From Candidatus Cloacimonadales bacterium (GTDB lineage Bacteria; Cloacimonadota; Cloacimonadia; Cloacimonadales; JAFGVF01): DNA of 64,000 bases. The notes under the pieces are model-generated. The model had not been told where the DNA came from, did no database searches, and saw only the letters and a program-made list of their open reading frames with translations. Where the stretch lies: contig OY762964.1 of the NCBI GenBank assembly GCA_963667035.1, positions 2,976,001-3,040,000 of the forward strand. Reading direction: 5' to 3'. Shown here piece after piece: positions 40,946 through 50,521 of the stretch (positions within the stretch are counted from its first letter, which is position 1; each line of letters opens with the position of its first letter). A program made the translations under genes and the position numbers.

Positions 40946-43900
40946 CTATTTAATAAGAATCATCTTTCTTGTCTTTGTATAAGTTCCCGATTTCATCTTA
41001 TAGAAATAGATACCACTGGAAACTTGTTTATTGTTTTGATCTCTTCCGTTCCATAGAACCGAATGCCTCCCGGAACCAAACTCATTATCGGCAACTCTAG
41101 AGACAAATTGTCCTTTGATTTTATAAACATCAATAACCACATTTTCCGATTGCTTCAATTCAAAATTTATATTGGTAGTAGGATTGAACGGGTTAGGATA
41201 GTTATTCAATAGTTTTGTTGAAAGAATAGGTTGTGCTTCAGTTGAGTTATCTACAACTCCATTAACAGAATCAATTGAAAGGTCATCAATGAAGAGAGCA
41301 AAACGATCACATGAGCAACAATTTAATCCTACCCTAATCACATCGCCGACATACTCTGATAAATCATAACTATAGTATGTCCATTGAATCCCAACTTCTA
41401 GAGGATTATCATTGTTAAACATAACAAAGCTATCTGTACCCTCCGATTCGGTACTTACTCCAACATTTAAATGTTCAAATCCGAATTGACTTGTGTATGA
41501 GCGTGCCCAAAAACTGACAAATCCTCCTTCATCGCCAAGCTGAATAGTCGGAGAAATAATCCAATCATCATTCGCTTCATGTAATGACGAGAAGCATGCA
41601 ATATATTTATCTCCACTATGTGCAGAAGCGAAGGGTACCGGAGGAACGGCAGTATTAGGGTTAAAAACCATGAAAGCCATCTCTTCTCCTTGATTATCAA
41701 ACTCAATATTAGCAAAAGAGATAGTGTTATCATTATCATTATCTATCAATTCCCAATCACCGAATTCAAGTGAGAAGTCTGAATAACTCTCAAAATCATC
41801 TCCCACAACAACTGCTCTTGGAGTTAACTCAATGTTACACATTTCAATGTACTCTCCCAAAACAGGTAAATCATATAATTCCAATGGAAGATACATGTTT
41901 GCTTCTACATGGAAATCATGAAAGCCTTCGTCTAAACAAACGATATAGTATCCTATATCATCTGTGACAATTGTGAGCGTATCGACTGTAATCACTGCTC
42001 CGGGTATAGACTCCTGAGTATTAATATCCGTTACAAGACCTTGTAAATAACCACGTTGGTCTTTATGAACAATATTGGATATGGATGCTGTAGATTCAAA
42101 ACCTCCTGTATAGACTGCTCTTACCGCATATCTATAATCATTTGAAGGTAATTCTGTCCAACCATAATCCGTAAACAGTGTATCTGCAGTAAGAACTTCT
42201 ATCAAATTCCAACTTTGAGGACTACTTTCGGTACCTGCAATGAATCTATAAAGATTGTAACCTAAAACTTCTCGTATCTCTCTGTTTACACCATCGGTAG
42301 TTAATAAGGATAAATCGGAATTAGTGTTTCTGTTACTCTCCGGAATAAACGGTTTACCAATTCTAATAGCATTCTCTCCGTTTGTATCCCAATCTACCCA
42401 TGCTTGCAAATTCCAATTATAGTCGAGTTCTTCGTTCACTTCAAGAAGAGTTTGCCATGTTCCTCCCCAAAGCATCATATTACCGAAACCATCTATTGCA
42501 GGTCCCTGGTCACAACCAACCGGATGTCCTGTTTGTGTGTCTACACTTACACCAACCCATAACTCCTGAGATGCATCTATTTGAACAGGATTGTTTAATA
42601 TCTCAGTATGCCAATTATTGTAGCTTGTGATATTATTGCACAATTGGTCTATTAATATCGTTTGAGCATTTTCTCCTGACCAAACTCTAACAGAATACTC
42701 ACAATTTGCTTCTCTCGGATAGAATTTAACTTTAGTAATAAACATTCCACCATAGTCATCTAGAAACTCAGGCTCCCATCTGCAAGCAATGTCAAATTGA
42801 GCTTCTGCTCCTGTTCCAACACCACTACTATTTTGCCCTGAATCCCAAGCAAACCATTGAGGTATACTACCTTCATTAGGCTCTCCCCAATGTACACTAA
42901 CAAATGTGCTATACTCATCCACCTCTGCTCTGACATCATGGGATGGAATAATATATTCTGTAATCATCATATCCAGTTCATTAGCACCATCAATAATATA
43001 ACTTTCAATAGTACTTCCTTGGTATCCATCAAGACTTGCCACAATTCTATAATTACCTAACCAAATGTCTGATATAGTAGCAATTCCCTGATTATTAGTT
43101 AGTCCACTGTATTCGTTATATATGCCGTCAGGATTAGGAGTAAGAGCCGTTAAATTTATTGATGCTCCCAATGGAGTATCCCCCGAGTTTGTTGTAAGAT
43201 TTATTGTAAGACTACCATACATTACTCGAGGAAGCCAATTCGATAGTATCGGATATGATTGGTATCCATTAGTATAATTTGCTTGAACAGCATATTTATA
43301 CACTCCCGGATTAGCTCCTATCCAGTTTGAATCTGTGTAAGTTGTATCTTGAATCGTAGCAAGCTCAATCCAGTTTTCAGGATTGTTCTCATCATTCATA
43401 TTTAATCTGAACACTGTGTAATCAAGAAATGTTCTATTCTGCACAATTCTGGTTACCAATGGACTAATGTTTCGTTGTTTCTCAATCATCAATGGATGAT
43501 TTGCAGTTTGCTTCTCTACTCTTCTATTTAGTAAACTACCACTTGAGAATGGAAGCTCCGAGACATAGGCTTGAAGATTCCAGTTACAATCAAGTGTAGG
43601 GGCTATAATATGAAGTTCTTCCCAAACATCGGTAGTTTTTATCATGTCTCCACCGGATTGATGAGGACCTTCATCGCAACCGACAGGTCGATACTCAGAT
43701 GTATGTTCAACCTCATAACCAAGCCATATAGGTGAATCTCCTGTTATTGGTATTGATGTATCAAGTTGCACTTCATTCCATGCATCGATATTATAAGTAG
43801 GAACAGATTGTTCATGAAGCAGCAAATCACCATTCTCGCCCGAATATATCTTTATTGTAACGGACACTGCAGAACTCTGTATATAGAGTCGCATTGTATT

Positions 43901-44428
43901 TATGAATAGTCCGAGATAGTCGTTTAACTCGTTAACCTCATATTTACAAGCAACTTCAAATACTCCTCCGTTTGACAATCCTACTCCATCACTATTAACA
44001 CCATCGTCTTTATAGAGCCAGGTATTGTTCAATCCACTAGTCTGAGGTGTGTCCCAGTTTAATAACACTTCGTCATTATCTAGTACTTCAGCTGTTAGTT
44101 CACTAATCGGATAAGTTACTTCTTGTAACACAATCTGTCCTAACTCTATATCAGCTGTCCCTACTACAAGTTCTTGACTAATAGAGAAATATCCTTGGGC
44201 ACAAGCAATCTGTTGATAAGTATAGTTGCAATTAACGTTATTAATACTAAAGAAACCGTTAACATCGGTTTCAACTTGATAATCATAATCACCATGTAAG
44301 TAATAAAATCCACTAATTCCGGTCATTGTGTCTGATCCAATCAACTGACCACTAACATTGCATACAGGCTGTGCAATTATAATTGCAGAAAATAGAATGA
44401 ATACACTTAACAGTAATGTTCTTTTCAT
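40946..44428 (-). CDS. Secreted protein with carboxypeptidase-regulatory-like, Fn3, cleaved-adhesin and T9SS/FlgD-type domains
   Basis: Start revised to ATG 44428 (MKRTLLLS, GGGG RBS); duplicated D.G.NS.GVG...W.G..V....PVGCD.GP...WNLQA module; [10 protein letters not shown]...SSGIYFY..RKMILIK. Confidence 0.85.
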   Translation of the reverse strand: MKRTLLLSVFILFSAIIIAQPVCNVSGQLIGSDTMTGISGFYYLHGDYDYQVETDVNGFFSINNVNCNYTYQQIACAQGYFSISQELVVGTADIELGQIVLQEVTYPISELTAEVLDNDEVLLNWDTPQTSGLNNTWLYKDDGVNSDGVGLSNGGVFEVACKYEVNELNDYLGLFINTMRLYIQSSAVSVTIKIYSGENGDLLLHEQSVPTYNIDAWNEVQLDTSIPITGDSPIWLGYEVEHTSEYRPVGCDEGPHQSGGDMIKTTDVWEELHIIAPTLDCNWNLQAYVSELPFSSGSLLNRRVEKQTANHPLMIEKQRNISPLVTRIVQNRTFLDYTVFRLNMNDENNPENWIELATIQDTTYTDSNWIGANPGVYKYAVQANYTNGYQSYPILSNWLPRVMYGSLTINLTTNSGDTPLGASINLTALTPNPDGIYNEYSGLTNNQGIATISDIWLGNYRIVASLDGYQGSTIESYIIDGANELDMMITEYIIPSHDVRAEVDEYSTFVSVHWGEPNEGSIPQWFAWDSGQNSSGVGTGAEAQFDIACRWEPEFLDDYGGMFITKVKFYPREANCEYSVRVWSGENAQTILIDQLCNNITSYNNWHTEILNNPVQIDASQELWVGVSVDTQTGHPVGCDQGPAIDGFGNMMLWGGTWQTLLEVNEELDYNWNLQAWVDWDTNGENAIRIGKPFIPESNRNTNSDLSLLTTDGVNREIREVLGYNLYRFIAGTESSPQSWNLIEVLTADTLFTDYGWTELPSNDYRYAVRAVYTGGFESTASISNIVHKDQRGYLQGLVTDINTQESIPGAVITVDTLTIVTDDIGYYIVCLDEGFHDFHVEANMYLPLELYDLPVLGEYIEMCNIELTPRAVVVGDDFESYSDFSLEFGDWELIDNDNDNTISFANIEFDNQGEEMAFMVFNPNTAVPPVPFASAHSGDKYIACFSSLHEANDDWIISPTIQLGDEGGFVSFWARSYTSQFGFEHLNVGVSTESEGTDSFVMFNNDNPLEVGIQWTYYSYDLSEYVGDVIRVGLNCCSCDRFALFIDDLSIDSVNGVVDNSTEAQPILSTKLLNNYPNPFNPTTNINFELKQSENVVIDVYKIKGQFVSRVADNEFGSGRHSVLWNGRDQNNKQVSSGIYFYKMKSGTYTKTRKMILIK

Positions 44429-44570
44429 ATTATTCCCCCGATAATTAATTAACAGATACTTAATTGGTACCAAGTATAAGTTTGGCAATATTAAGGAGTC
44501 AATATTTTTTTTGTAACTGTAAGTTATAATTTTAGTTAAATAGGTTTCTAAAGGCGTTCTGCCATATATG

Positions 44571-44601
44571 AAAAAAGAGTATGCTGTTCAGCAGACTCTT
44601 T
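44571..44601 (-). terminator. Intrinsic terminator
   Basis: AAAGAGT.TGCTG-TT-CAGCA.ACTCTTT preceded by an A-run. Confidence 0.7.
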
Positions 44602-44623
44602 GTTTTATCTTTAGTTTTAGAAA

Positions 44624-45769
44624 CTACTTTACCAGTACCATGTTATTCCAATACATCTCTGAACCTGATTGAACACTGTAATAGTAGATACCGGATGATA
44701 GATTATCAGCATTAAACACGATATTGTTTTTCCCTTGTGAGAAATATTGGTCAGCAATTGTTCTAACTAACTGTCCTCTGTTATTGTATACTTTTACGAC
44801 GACCTTATCGGCTTTTTGAAGATTGAACGATATTGTTGTTTCAGGATTAAAAGGATTAGGATAATTACTTATATCATTTATTGTCGGAGTGTTTACATTC
44901 TCGCTGTTAGATACTGGGTCAAACAGTATATCTATAGGTCCGAAATTATAACCAGATGCATCCATTGTCATTCCAGAAACCCAATAATAATATGTATTTC
45001 CTGCAACAACTTCGGTATCGTTGAAGTTGTAATTCGAAGGAACAGCCATATTCATTGCAGGTATAAGGTTTGATGTGAGTCTGGTAGCAGTATCAAAATC
45101 ATTGTTTGTATTTCTATATAACTCATATCCTGCCATATTGTTTTCTTCGGCTTGCCAGTTTATTCTTATATAGTCATCAACTCTCTCAGCAGAGAAATTC
45201 GTTAATGAAACAGGAACCAATGCACTGTAGTCAATGCTAAAATCATGGAAATAAGTATCTACATCCGAGCTAATCTGATATGATTCCGTACCTTTTTCAA
45301 ACTCCAGCATAGTCCAAGGTCCATCCGGAATGCTTCCTGAAGCAGAGTTTGATTCTGTGAATTCAATGTAAATTCTATATATTCCGTCCGGAACTTCAAC
45401 TCCATTATAGTTTGTTCCGTCCCAAGTAAGATTATGAGTTGTGTGATAATTCAAAGAAGCTCCTGTTACCGCTCCTACGCTATTACCGCCTGTCATCTGC
45501 ATAAACTTAACAAGATGTTGCATATAGCTCAAAGCCTTACGTTCAACCGTTTTCACAAATGTATCAGTATCGGTTGTTATCCATAAAGCAAAACAATGTC
45601 TGGGTGCATATTGTCCGTTATGAGTTGTTGTTCTAACAGTTATATCCATTGTACCCGGAGTTCTCTCTTCTACAGAGAGGATTCCATCATTAGGTATAAA
45701 ATTGGTTTGCTCCAATGCAAACATGAATGTACTAAATAAAAGTAAACTAATTATTAATATCTTTTTCAT
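44624..45769 (-). CDS. Secreted DUF2271-like protein with T9SS-type C-terminal domain
   Basis: YAPRHCFALWI...FVKT, AVTGAS, WDGT...VPDG.Y; PVSLTNF module; [10 protein letters not shown]. Confidence 0.75.
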   Translation of the reverse strand: MKKILIISLLLFSTFMFALEQTNFIPNDGILSVEERTPGTMDITVRTTTHNGQYAPRHCFALWITTDTDTFVKTVERKALSYMQHLVKFMQMTGGNSVGAVTGASLNYHTTHNLTWDGTNYNGVEVPDGIYRIYIEFTESNSASGSIPDGPWTMLEFEKGTESYQISSDVDTYFHDFSIDYSALVPVSLTNFSAERVDDYIRINWQAEENNMAGYELYRNTNNDFDTATRLTSNLIPAMNMAVPSNYNFNDTEVVAGNTYYYWVSGMTMDASGYNFGPIDILFDPVSNSENVNTPTINDISNYPNPFNPETTISFNLQKADKVVVKVYNNRGQLVRTIADQYFSQGKNNIVFNADNLSSGIYYYSVQSGSEMYWNNMVLVK

Positions 45770-46132
45770 AATCTCTCCAAACTTGTTATCCGCTTATCTC
45801 ATCTAAAATCTATAGGCAATATGTCAAGTAACTTTAGTTTAGGGATTTATCTGATTCTCAGTTTTAACAGTTTTGTGACATAAATTTCTTACTAAGATTA
45901 TGAAACTCAATACAATTGCATTTGTCTTTCTTTCTACACTTTGTATCAATGAACTATTACAGATTACTGCATAAAATTGCATTACCGAAAGTAATTTTCA
46001 AGAATTATACAAATAATAGTTTAACAATCCTCATCGTATCTCTCTGCCAATTTGCTCCAGTTCAATACACGAGACTTACTCGGGAATCTTGTGGGATTTT
46101 GCCCGAGAAATTTAGTTGACGAGTAAAAAGAT

Positions 46133-47584
46133 TTACTTGAATTGTTCAATAGTCCAGGCAAGAGCTTCCTCAAGTAACTCGGGTGGAGGGCTTTTTATCA
46201 TACCTTCCTCTATTAACAAGTGGGTTGAAGTGCGAGCATTATCAATTCCTTCTTTAGCTTTATCATAAGCTTCTTGCCAAGTTAATATATGTCGTGCAAC
46301 TCCATCTTCAATTGCTTGCATGGCAACATCGGCGGCTTCTTTAGGAAAAACTTCCGTTTCATCCATTGTAGGAACAATGTTATCCGGAGTGATACCTCTT
46401 TGTTCAGCAAATTCAGCTAAGGAATAAGCTGCACGAATTGCCATATTATCCGTTATTTCTTTAGCTTCTGTTAAAAGAGCTCCCTTAAGTATTCCAGGAA
46501 ATCCCAGAGAATTGTTAATTTGATTAGGGAAGTCTCCTCTTCCTGTTGCAACAATATATGCTCCTGCTTCCTTCGCTGCATAAGGATAAATCTCGGGTAC
46601 GGGATTTGCACAAACAAAAACAATAGGTTTCTTGTTCATCAATTTAATCCATTCAGGTCTGATTGTATTTGGCCCTGGTTGGGATAGGGCTATTAACACG
46701 TCAGCATTTTTAAAGGCTTCTTCTTTATCCTGAATCATGTTAGGATTAGTTTTTGAGGCTAATTCCCATTGTTTATAACTTCCCGGATTGTTCTTTAAAT
46801 CATCTCGGTTTTTATGTAAACTTCCCTGAGAATCAAATATAATCATATTACTTTCCGGTAAACCTGCCTTGATTAGGAAACGAGCAATAGTTGAATTTGA
46901 CGCACCACAACCAAACATTACCGTCTTAATATTGTTTATATTTTTGTTCGCTAACTTCATTGCATTGATAAATCCGGCGAGTGTTACACAAGCTGTTCCC
47001 TGAGCATCGTCATGCCAAACAGGTATATCACATTCTGCCCTGAGAGTATCAAGTACCTTATAACAGTTAGGTTGCGAAATATCCTCAAGATTGACAGCAC
47101 CAAATGAAGGTTGGAGCATTTTCACAAAATCAATTATCTTTTGAGGATCTGGATTACCCTTTTCATCCCTATTATCTATACACAAAGCAACTGCATCAAT
47201 ACCGCCTAAATATTTCATTAGAAATGCTTTACCCTCCATAACCCCAAGACCACCGGGAGGTGTGCAATCACCGTCACCAAGCACACGAGTTGAATCACTT
47301 ACAACAGCAACAAGATTACTTCTGTTTGAGAGCTTAAACGAGGAATAATTGTTATCTCTAATACTGGTTGAGACTTTAGAAACACCAGGTGTATACCAAA
47401 CGTTAAACCAGTTAAATCCCCATACACCGGCTTTGGGTAAAGTCTGCATTTTACCATTATAGAAATAGTGAGCCTTCTCTGATAGTCTCTTTAAAAAAAT
47501 AGTTTGAGCATTAGCTTTCTGTTCGGGAGTAAACTCTTCAGGGAAAATATTACTCAGGTTGTTTAAATCAATATTCAGCTTCAT
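46133..47584 (-). CDS. NAD(P)-dependent malic enzyme
   Basis: YTPGV, VMEGKA.L.K, VNLEDI, HDDAQGTA, ANPVPEI, ATGRGDFPNQINN. Confidence 0.93.
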   Translation of the reverse strand: MKLNIDLNNLSNIFPEEFTPEQKANAQTIFLKRLSEKAHYFYNGKMQTLPKAGVWGFNWFNVWYTPGVSKVSTSIRDNNYSSFKLSNRSNLVAVVSDSTRVLGDGDCTPPGGLGVMEGKAFLMKYLGGIDAVALCIDNRDEKGNPDPQKIIDFVKMLQPSFGAVNLEDISQPNCYKVLDTLRAECDIPVWHDDAQGTACVTLAGFINAMKLANKNINNIKTVMFGCGASNSTIARFLIKAGLPESNMIIFDSQGSLHKNRDDLKNNPGSYKQWELASKTNPNMIQDKEEAFKNADVLIALSQPGPNTIRPEWIKLMNKKPIVFVCANPVPEIYPYAAKEAGAYIVATGRGDFPNQINNSLGFPGILKGALLTEAKEITDNMAIRAAYSLAEFAEQRGITPDNIVPTMDETEVFPKEAADVAMQAIEDGVARHILTWQEAYDKAKEGIDNARTSTHLLIEEGMIKSPPPELLEEALAWTIEQFK

Positions 47585-48115
47585 CTATCTCCTCTTAAAA
47601 ATGTTGTTTCCGTTAGTATCAATTGCCACTATACACGGAAAGTCTTTTACTTCCAGTTTTCTTACTGCTTCCGGGCCTAGTTCTTCCCAAGCAATGACTT
47701 CCGCAGAAACTATTGTCTCAGAGAGCAGAGCACCAGCTCCGCCAATAGCTACAAAGTAAACACCTCTATTTTTAACAATGGAACTAATAACATCGTCAGA
47801 GCGACCTCCTTTTCCAATCATGCCTTTTAAACCATTTTCAAGAAGAGTAGGAGCATAAGCATCCATTCTGTAGCTGGTTGTAGGACCTGCCGAGCCTATT
47901 ACTTCTCCCGGTCTTGTAGGAGTAGGGCCTGTATAGTAGATTACACTGTTTTTTAACTCAAAAGGTAAACTCTTTCCGGATGCAAGTAAGTCAACAATTC
48001 GCTTATGGGCAGCATCTCTAGCTGTATAAATAATACCGGAGATTAAAACATTATCTCCAATTCTAAGTTTATTAATATCTTCTTGTCTTAATGGTGTTCT
48101 AAATTTAATGTCCAT
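47585..48115 (-). CDS. Fe-S fumarate hydratase (class I), beta subunit
   Basis: TARDAAH, GSAGPTTSYRM, MIGKG, ELGPEA. Confidence 0.92.
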   Translation of the reverse strand: MDIKFRTPLRQEDINKLRIGDNVLISGIIYTARDAAHKRIVDLLASGKSLPFELKNSVIYYTGPTPTRPGEVIGSAGPTTSYRMDAYAPTLLENGLKGMIGKGGRSDDVISSIVKNRGVYFVAIGGAGALLSETIVSAEVIAWEELGPEAVRKLEVKDFPCIVAIDTNGNNIFKRR

Positions 48116-48123
48116 AATTTATC

Positions 48124-48966
48124 CTAAAGAATAGCAGTTTTGTGCCTATGGGCATGACACTGAATATTGATTGCAACAGGAAGTGATGCAATGTGACACG
48201 GCATTGTCTCTATCATTACTTTAAAAGCTGTAGTATTTCCGCCAAGTCCCTGAGGTCCGACATTGCTCTGATTAACAAGTTCTAGAAGTTCATTCTCAAG
48301 TGTAGCCCAGTTCTTCTCTTTATTGTTTGAACTTAGCGGACGCATAAGGGCTTTCTTTGCCAATAAAGCAGAAGTCTCAAAATTACCTCCTACTCCAATT
48401 CCAATGATTACTGGAGGACATGGATTACCTCCAGCTTCAATCACGGTATCCAGAATTAATTTCTTTATACCGTCTACACCGTCAGAAGGCTTTAACATCG
48501 CTATCCTACTCATATTTTCCGAGCCTCCTCCTTTAGGGGCTACAGTTAACTTAAGCCTGTCTCCGGAAACGATATCGTAATGAATTATAACAGGAAGATT
48601 GGTATTTGTATTACTTCTTCCGAAACAAGGATCCGTAACCATGGATTTACGGAAGTAGTTATCTTTATAACAGAGTCTTACACCTTCTTCTATTGCTTCT
48701 TTTAAATTGCCGTCAATGTGCAATTCTTGCCCTAATTCAACAAATACGACAGCAACTCCTGTATCTTGGCAAATAGGTTTTTGTTTCTCTATTGCCAGAT
48801 TTGCATTAAGTAACAACTTCTCAAGTATATCTTTAGCAAGAGGATTGTTTTCTTTCTTTATAAATTCTGCAACCAGTTGAGGTAATTCTTCATCCAATTC
48901 ATAATTTGCGTTCTTGAAGAGTTTTATTATCTCGTTAGTTATCGACTCAGCTTTTATTTCTCTCAT
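48124..48966 (-). CDS. Fe-S fumarate hydratase (class I), alpha subunit
   Basis: PICQDTG, PKGGGSENMS, GNPCPP, CHIASLPVAINIQCHA.RH. Confidence 0.92.
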   Translation of the reverse strand: MREIKAESITNEIIKLFKNANYELDEELPQLVAEFIKKENNPLAKDILEKLLLNANLAIEKQKPICQDTGVAVVFVELGQELHIDGNLKEAIEEGVRLCYKDNYFRKSMVTDPCFGRSNTNTNLPVIIHYDIVSGDRLKLTVAPKGGGSENMSRIAMLKPSDGVDGIKKLILDTVIEAGGNPCPPVIIGIGVGGNFETSALLAKKALMRPLSSNNKEKNWATLENELLELVNQSNVGPQGLGGNTTAFKVMIETMPCHIASLPVAINIQCHAHRHKTAIL

Positions 48967-50173
48967 TTTCTTTCCTTACTCTTCTTGTATAGGCCTCAGC
49001 TAATCCACCAATAGAAGTCTCTCTGTAGCTGGGCGATAAATCTTTTCCTGTTTGGGTCATAACATACACTACTTCATCAAATGAGATTCTATGTCTACCG
49101 TCAGAGAATATGGCATACTCGGCACAAGAGATTGCCTGCTTTGCAGCAAAAGCATTTCTTTCAATACAAGGTATTTGTACTAATCCCATCACAGGATCAC
49201 ATGTTAGACCCAGATTATGCTCTAAGCCCATTTCTGCAGCATACTCTATTTGAGAAGGTGTACCTCCCAGAATTTGGGCAACAGCCCCTGCAGCCATTGC
49301 ACAAGCTGTTCCTACTTCTCCCTGACAACCAACTTCAGCTCCAGAGATAGAACCATTCTGCTTAACTAAATTACCTATTAATCCTGCAGTTAGTAATGCT
49401 CTAAAGACTTCTTTCTCAGTACAATCCATTTGGGTTAGGCAATATTTCATTGTTGCTGGTAGGACTCCACAAGCACCGCAGGTTGGTGAAGTGGCAATCA
49501 AGTTTCCTGAAGCATTTTCTTCGGATACTGCTAAGGCATAAGCTGTTATAGTTAAACCTCTCTTGTAATGTGGGGAAGAAAGCTTAGACTTTCTCAAAAG
49601 AGAATTGGCTTTCCTAGCTACCCCCAATCCTCCCGGAAGTACTCCTTCATCCGATAAGCCTCTCTGTATGGCATCTTCCATAACTCTCCACACCTCTTTG
49701 ATATGATCAAGAATCTCTATCCCTTCCTGTTCAATGACATATTCCCACAAGTTTAGTCCCTTCTCTTCACAATATTCAAGAATATCATCCATAAACTGGT
49801 GTTTATAAACGTTATGAGCGGTCTTATCACCGGTTTCGGATACGGAACCTCCTCCGATGCTATATACTTGCCATTCACCTAACAGATGATCTTGCTCATC
49901 AAAAGTTTTAAAAAGCATACCGTTAGGATGAAGGGGGAGCTCAATTTCAGGTTTCCAAACAATATCTAGTTTTCTATCATGAAAGACAGAGTTGAGAGCA
50001 GTATCTGTTAAATGCCCCTTGCCTGTTGCAGCAAGACTGGCAAAGAGGGTAACTTCGAAATGTGGGGCTAGAGGAAATCTATTTAAAAATGTGGTTGCAG
50101 CAATTGTCGGCCCCATAGTATGACTACTTGAAGGTCCTCTGCCTATTTTGTAAAGTTCTCTGAGAGTTTCCAA
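48947..50173 (-). CDS. sdaA: L-serine ammonia-lyase, Fe-S dependent (single chain)
   Basis: IGRGPSSSHTMGP, SLAATGKGH, PTCGACG, SGAEVGCQGEVG, LGLTCDP..GLVQIPCIERN; TTG start. Confidence 0.94.
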   Translation of the reverse strand: METLRELYKIGRGPSSSHTMGPTIAATTFLNRFPLAPHFEVTLFASLAATGKGHLTDTALNSVFHDRKLDIVWKPEIELPLHPNGMLFKTFDEQDHLLGEWQVYSIGGGSVSETGDKTAHNVYKHQFMDDILEYCEEKGLNLWEYVIEQEGIEILDHIKEVWRVMEDAIQRGLSDEGVLPGGLGVARKANSLLRKSKLSSPHYKRGLTITAYALAVSEENASGNLIATSPTCGACGVLPATMKYCLTQMDCTEKEVFRALLTAGLIGNLVKQNGSISGAEVGCQGEVGTACAMAAGAVAQILGGTPSQIEYAAEMGLEHNLGLTCDPVMGLVQIPCIERNAFAAKQAISCAEYAIFSDGRHRISFDEVVYVMTQTGKDLSPSYRETSIGGLAEAYTRRVRKENERNKS

Positions 50174-50378
50174 TTATACTTTTCCTTCTCGTACAAGACG
50201 AGTAAAATGTTCATAATATCTATCCATTGTCTTCTCATATTCTGCCGGAAAAAAACAACCGGGTAATTGTCTCGACTTTTTTATGATAGGCAACACATTC
50301 ACAACAGATTCCTTTTTTGGAACACGGGTCATAAGTGCAAGTACAATTTTGTTGGTTATCACTCTTCTTGCAATCCAT
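50174..50378 (-). pseudogene. Small Cys-rich protein (DUF6485-like) split by one extra base
   Basis: ATG 50378 after AGGAG gives MDCKKSDNQQNCTCTYDPCSKKGICCECVAYHKK; a +1 shift in the A6 run (50277-50282) continues SRQLPGCFFPAEYEKTMDRYYEHF...; span 205 = 3x68+1. Confidence 0.75.
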
Positions 50379-50472
50379 TTTGACTCCTGAGGTTTTTGTT
50401 TATTGCATTCGCAAGAAGGTTTTTGTAAAGTTAAATTTTAAAGATACAATTGACCATTTATTTACAGATAGC

Positions 50473-50503
50473 AAAAAAGACTACCCTATAAAGAGTAGTC
50501 TTT
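50473..50503 (-). terminator. Terminator of the ABC/M1 operon
   Basis: AAAGACTAC...GTAGTCTTT with an A-run on the left. Confidence 0.7.
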
Positions 50504-50521
50504 ATACTAATAATCAATAGT

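Noticed and set aside
14745..44490. Recurring TTGCCA upstream of several genes (14750, 16225, 32421, 44483) as a special promoter class
   Set aside because: Plausibly just a -35 variant, but matching -10 boxes are inconsistent, so it cannot be supported
50174..50362. ORF-track 62-aa protein MITNKIVLAL..., also considered as a possible 6S RNA region
   Set aside because: Better explained as the out-of-frame second half of the Cys-rich gene starting at 50378
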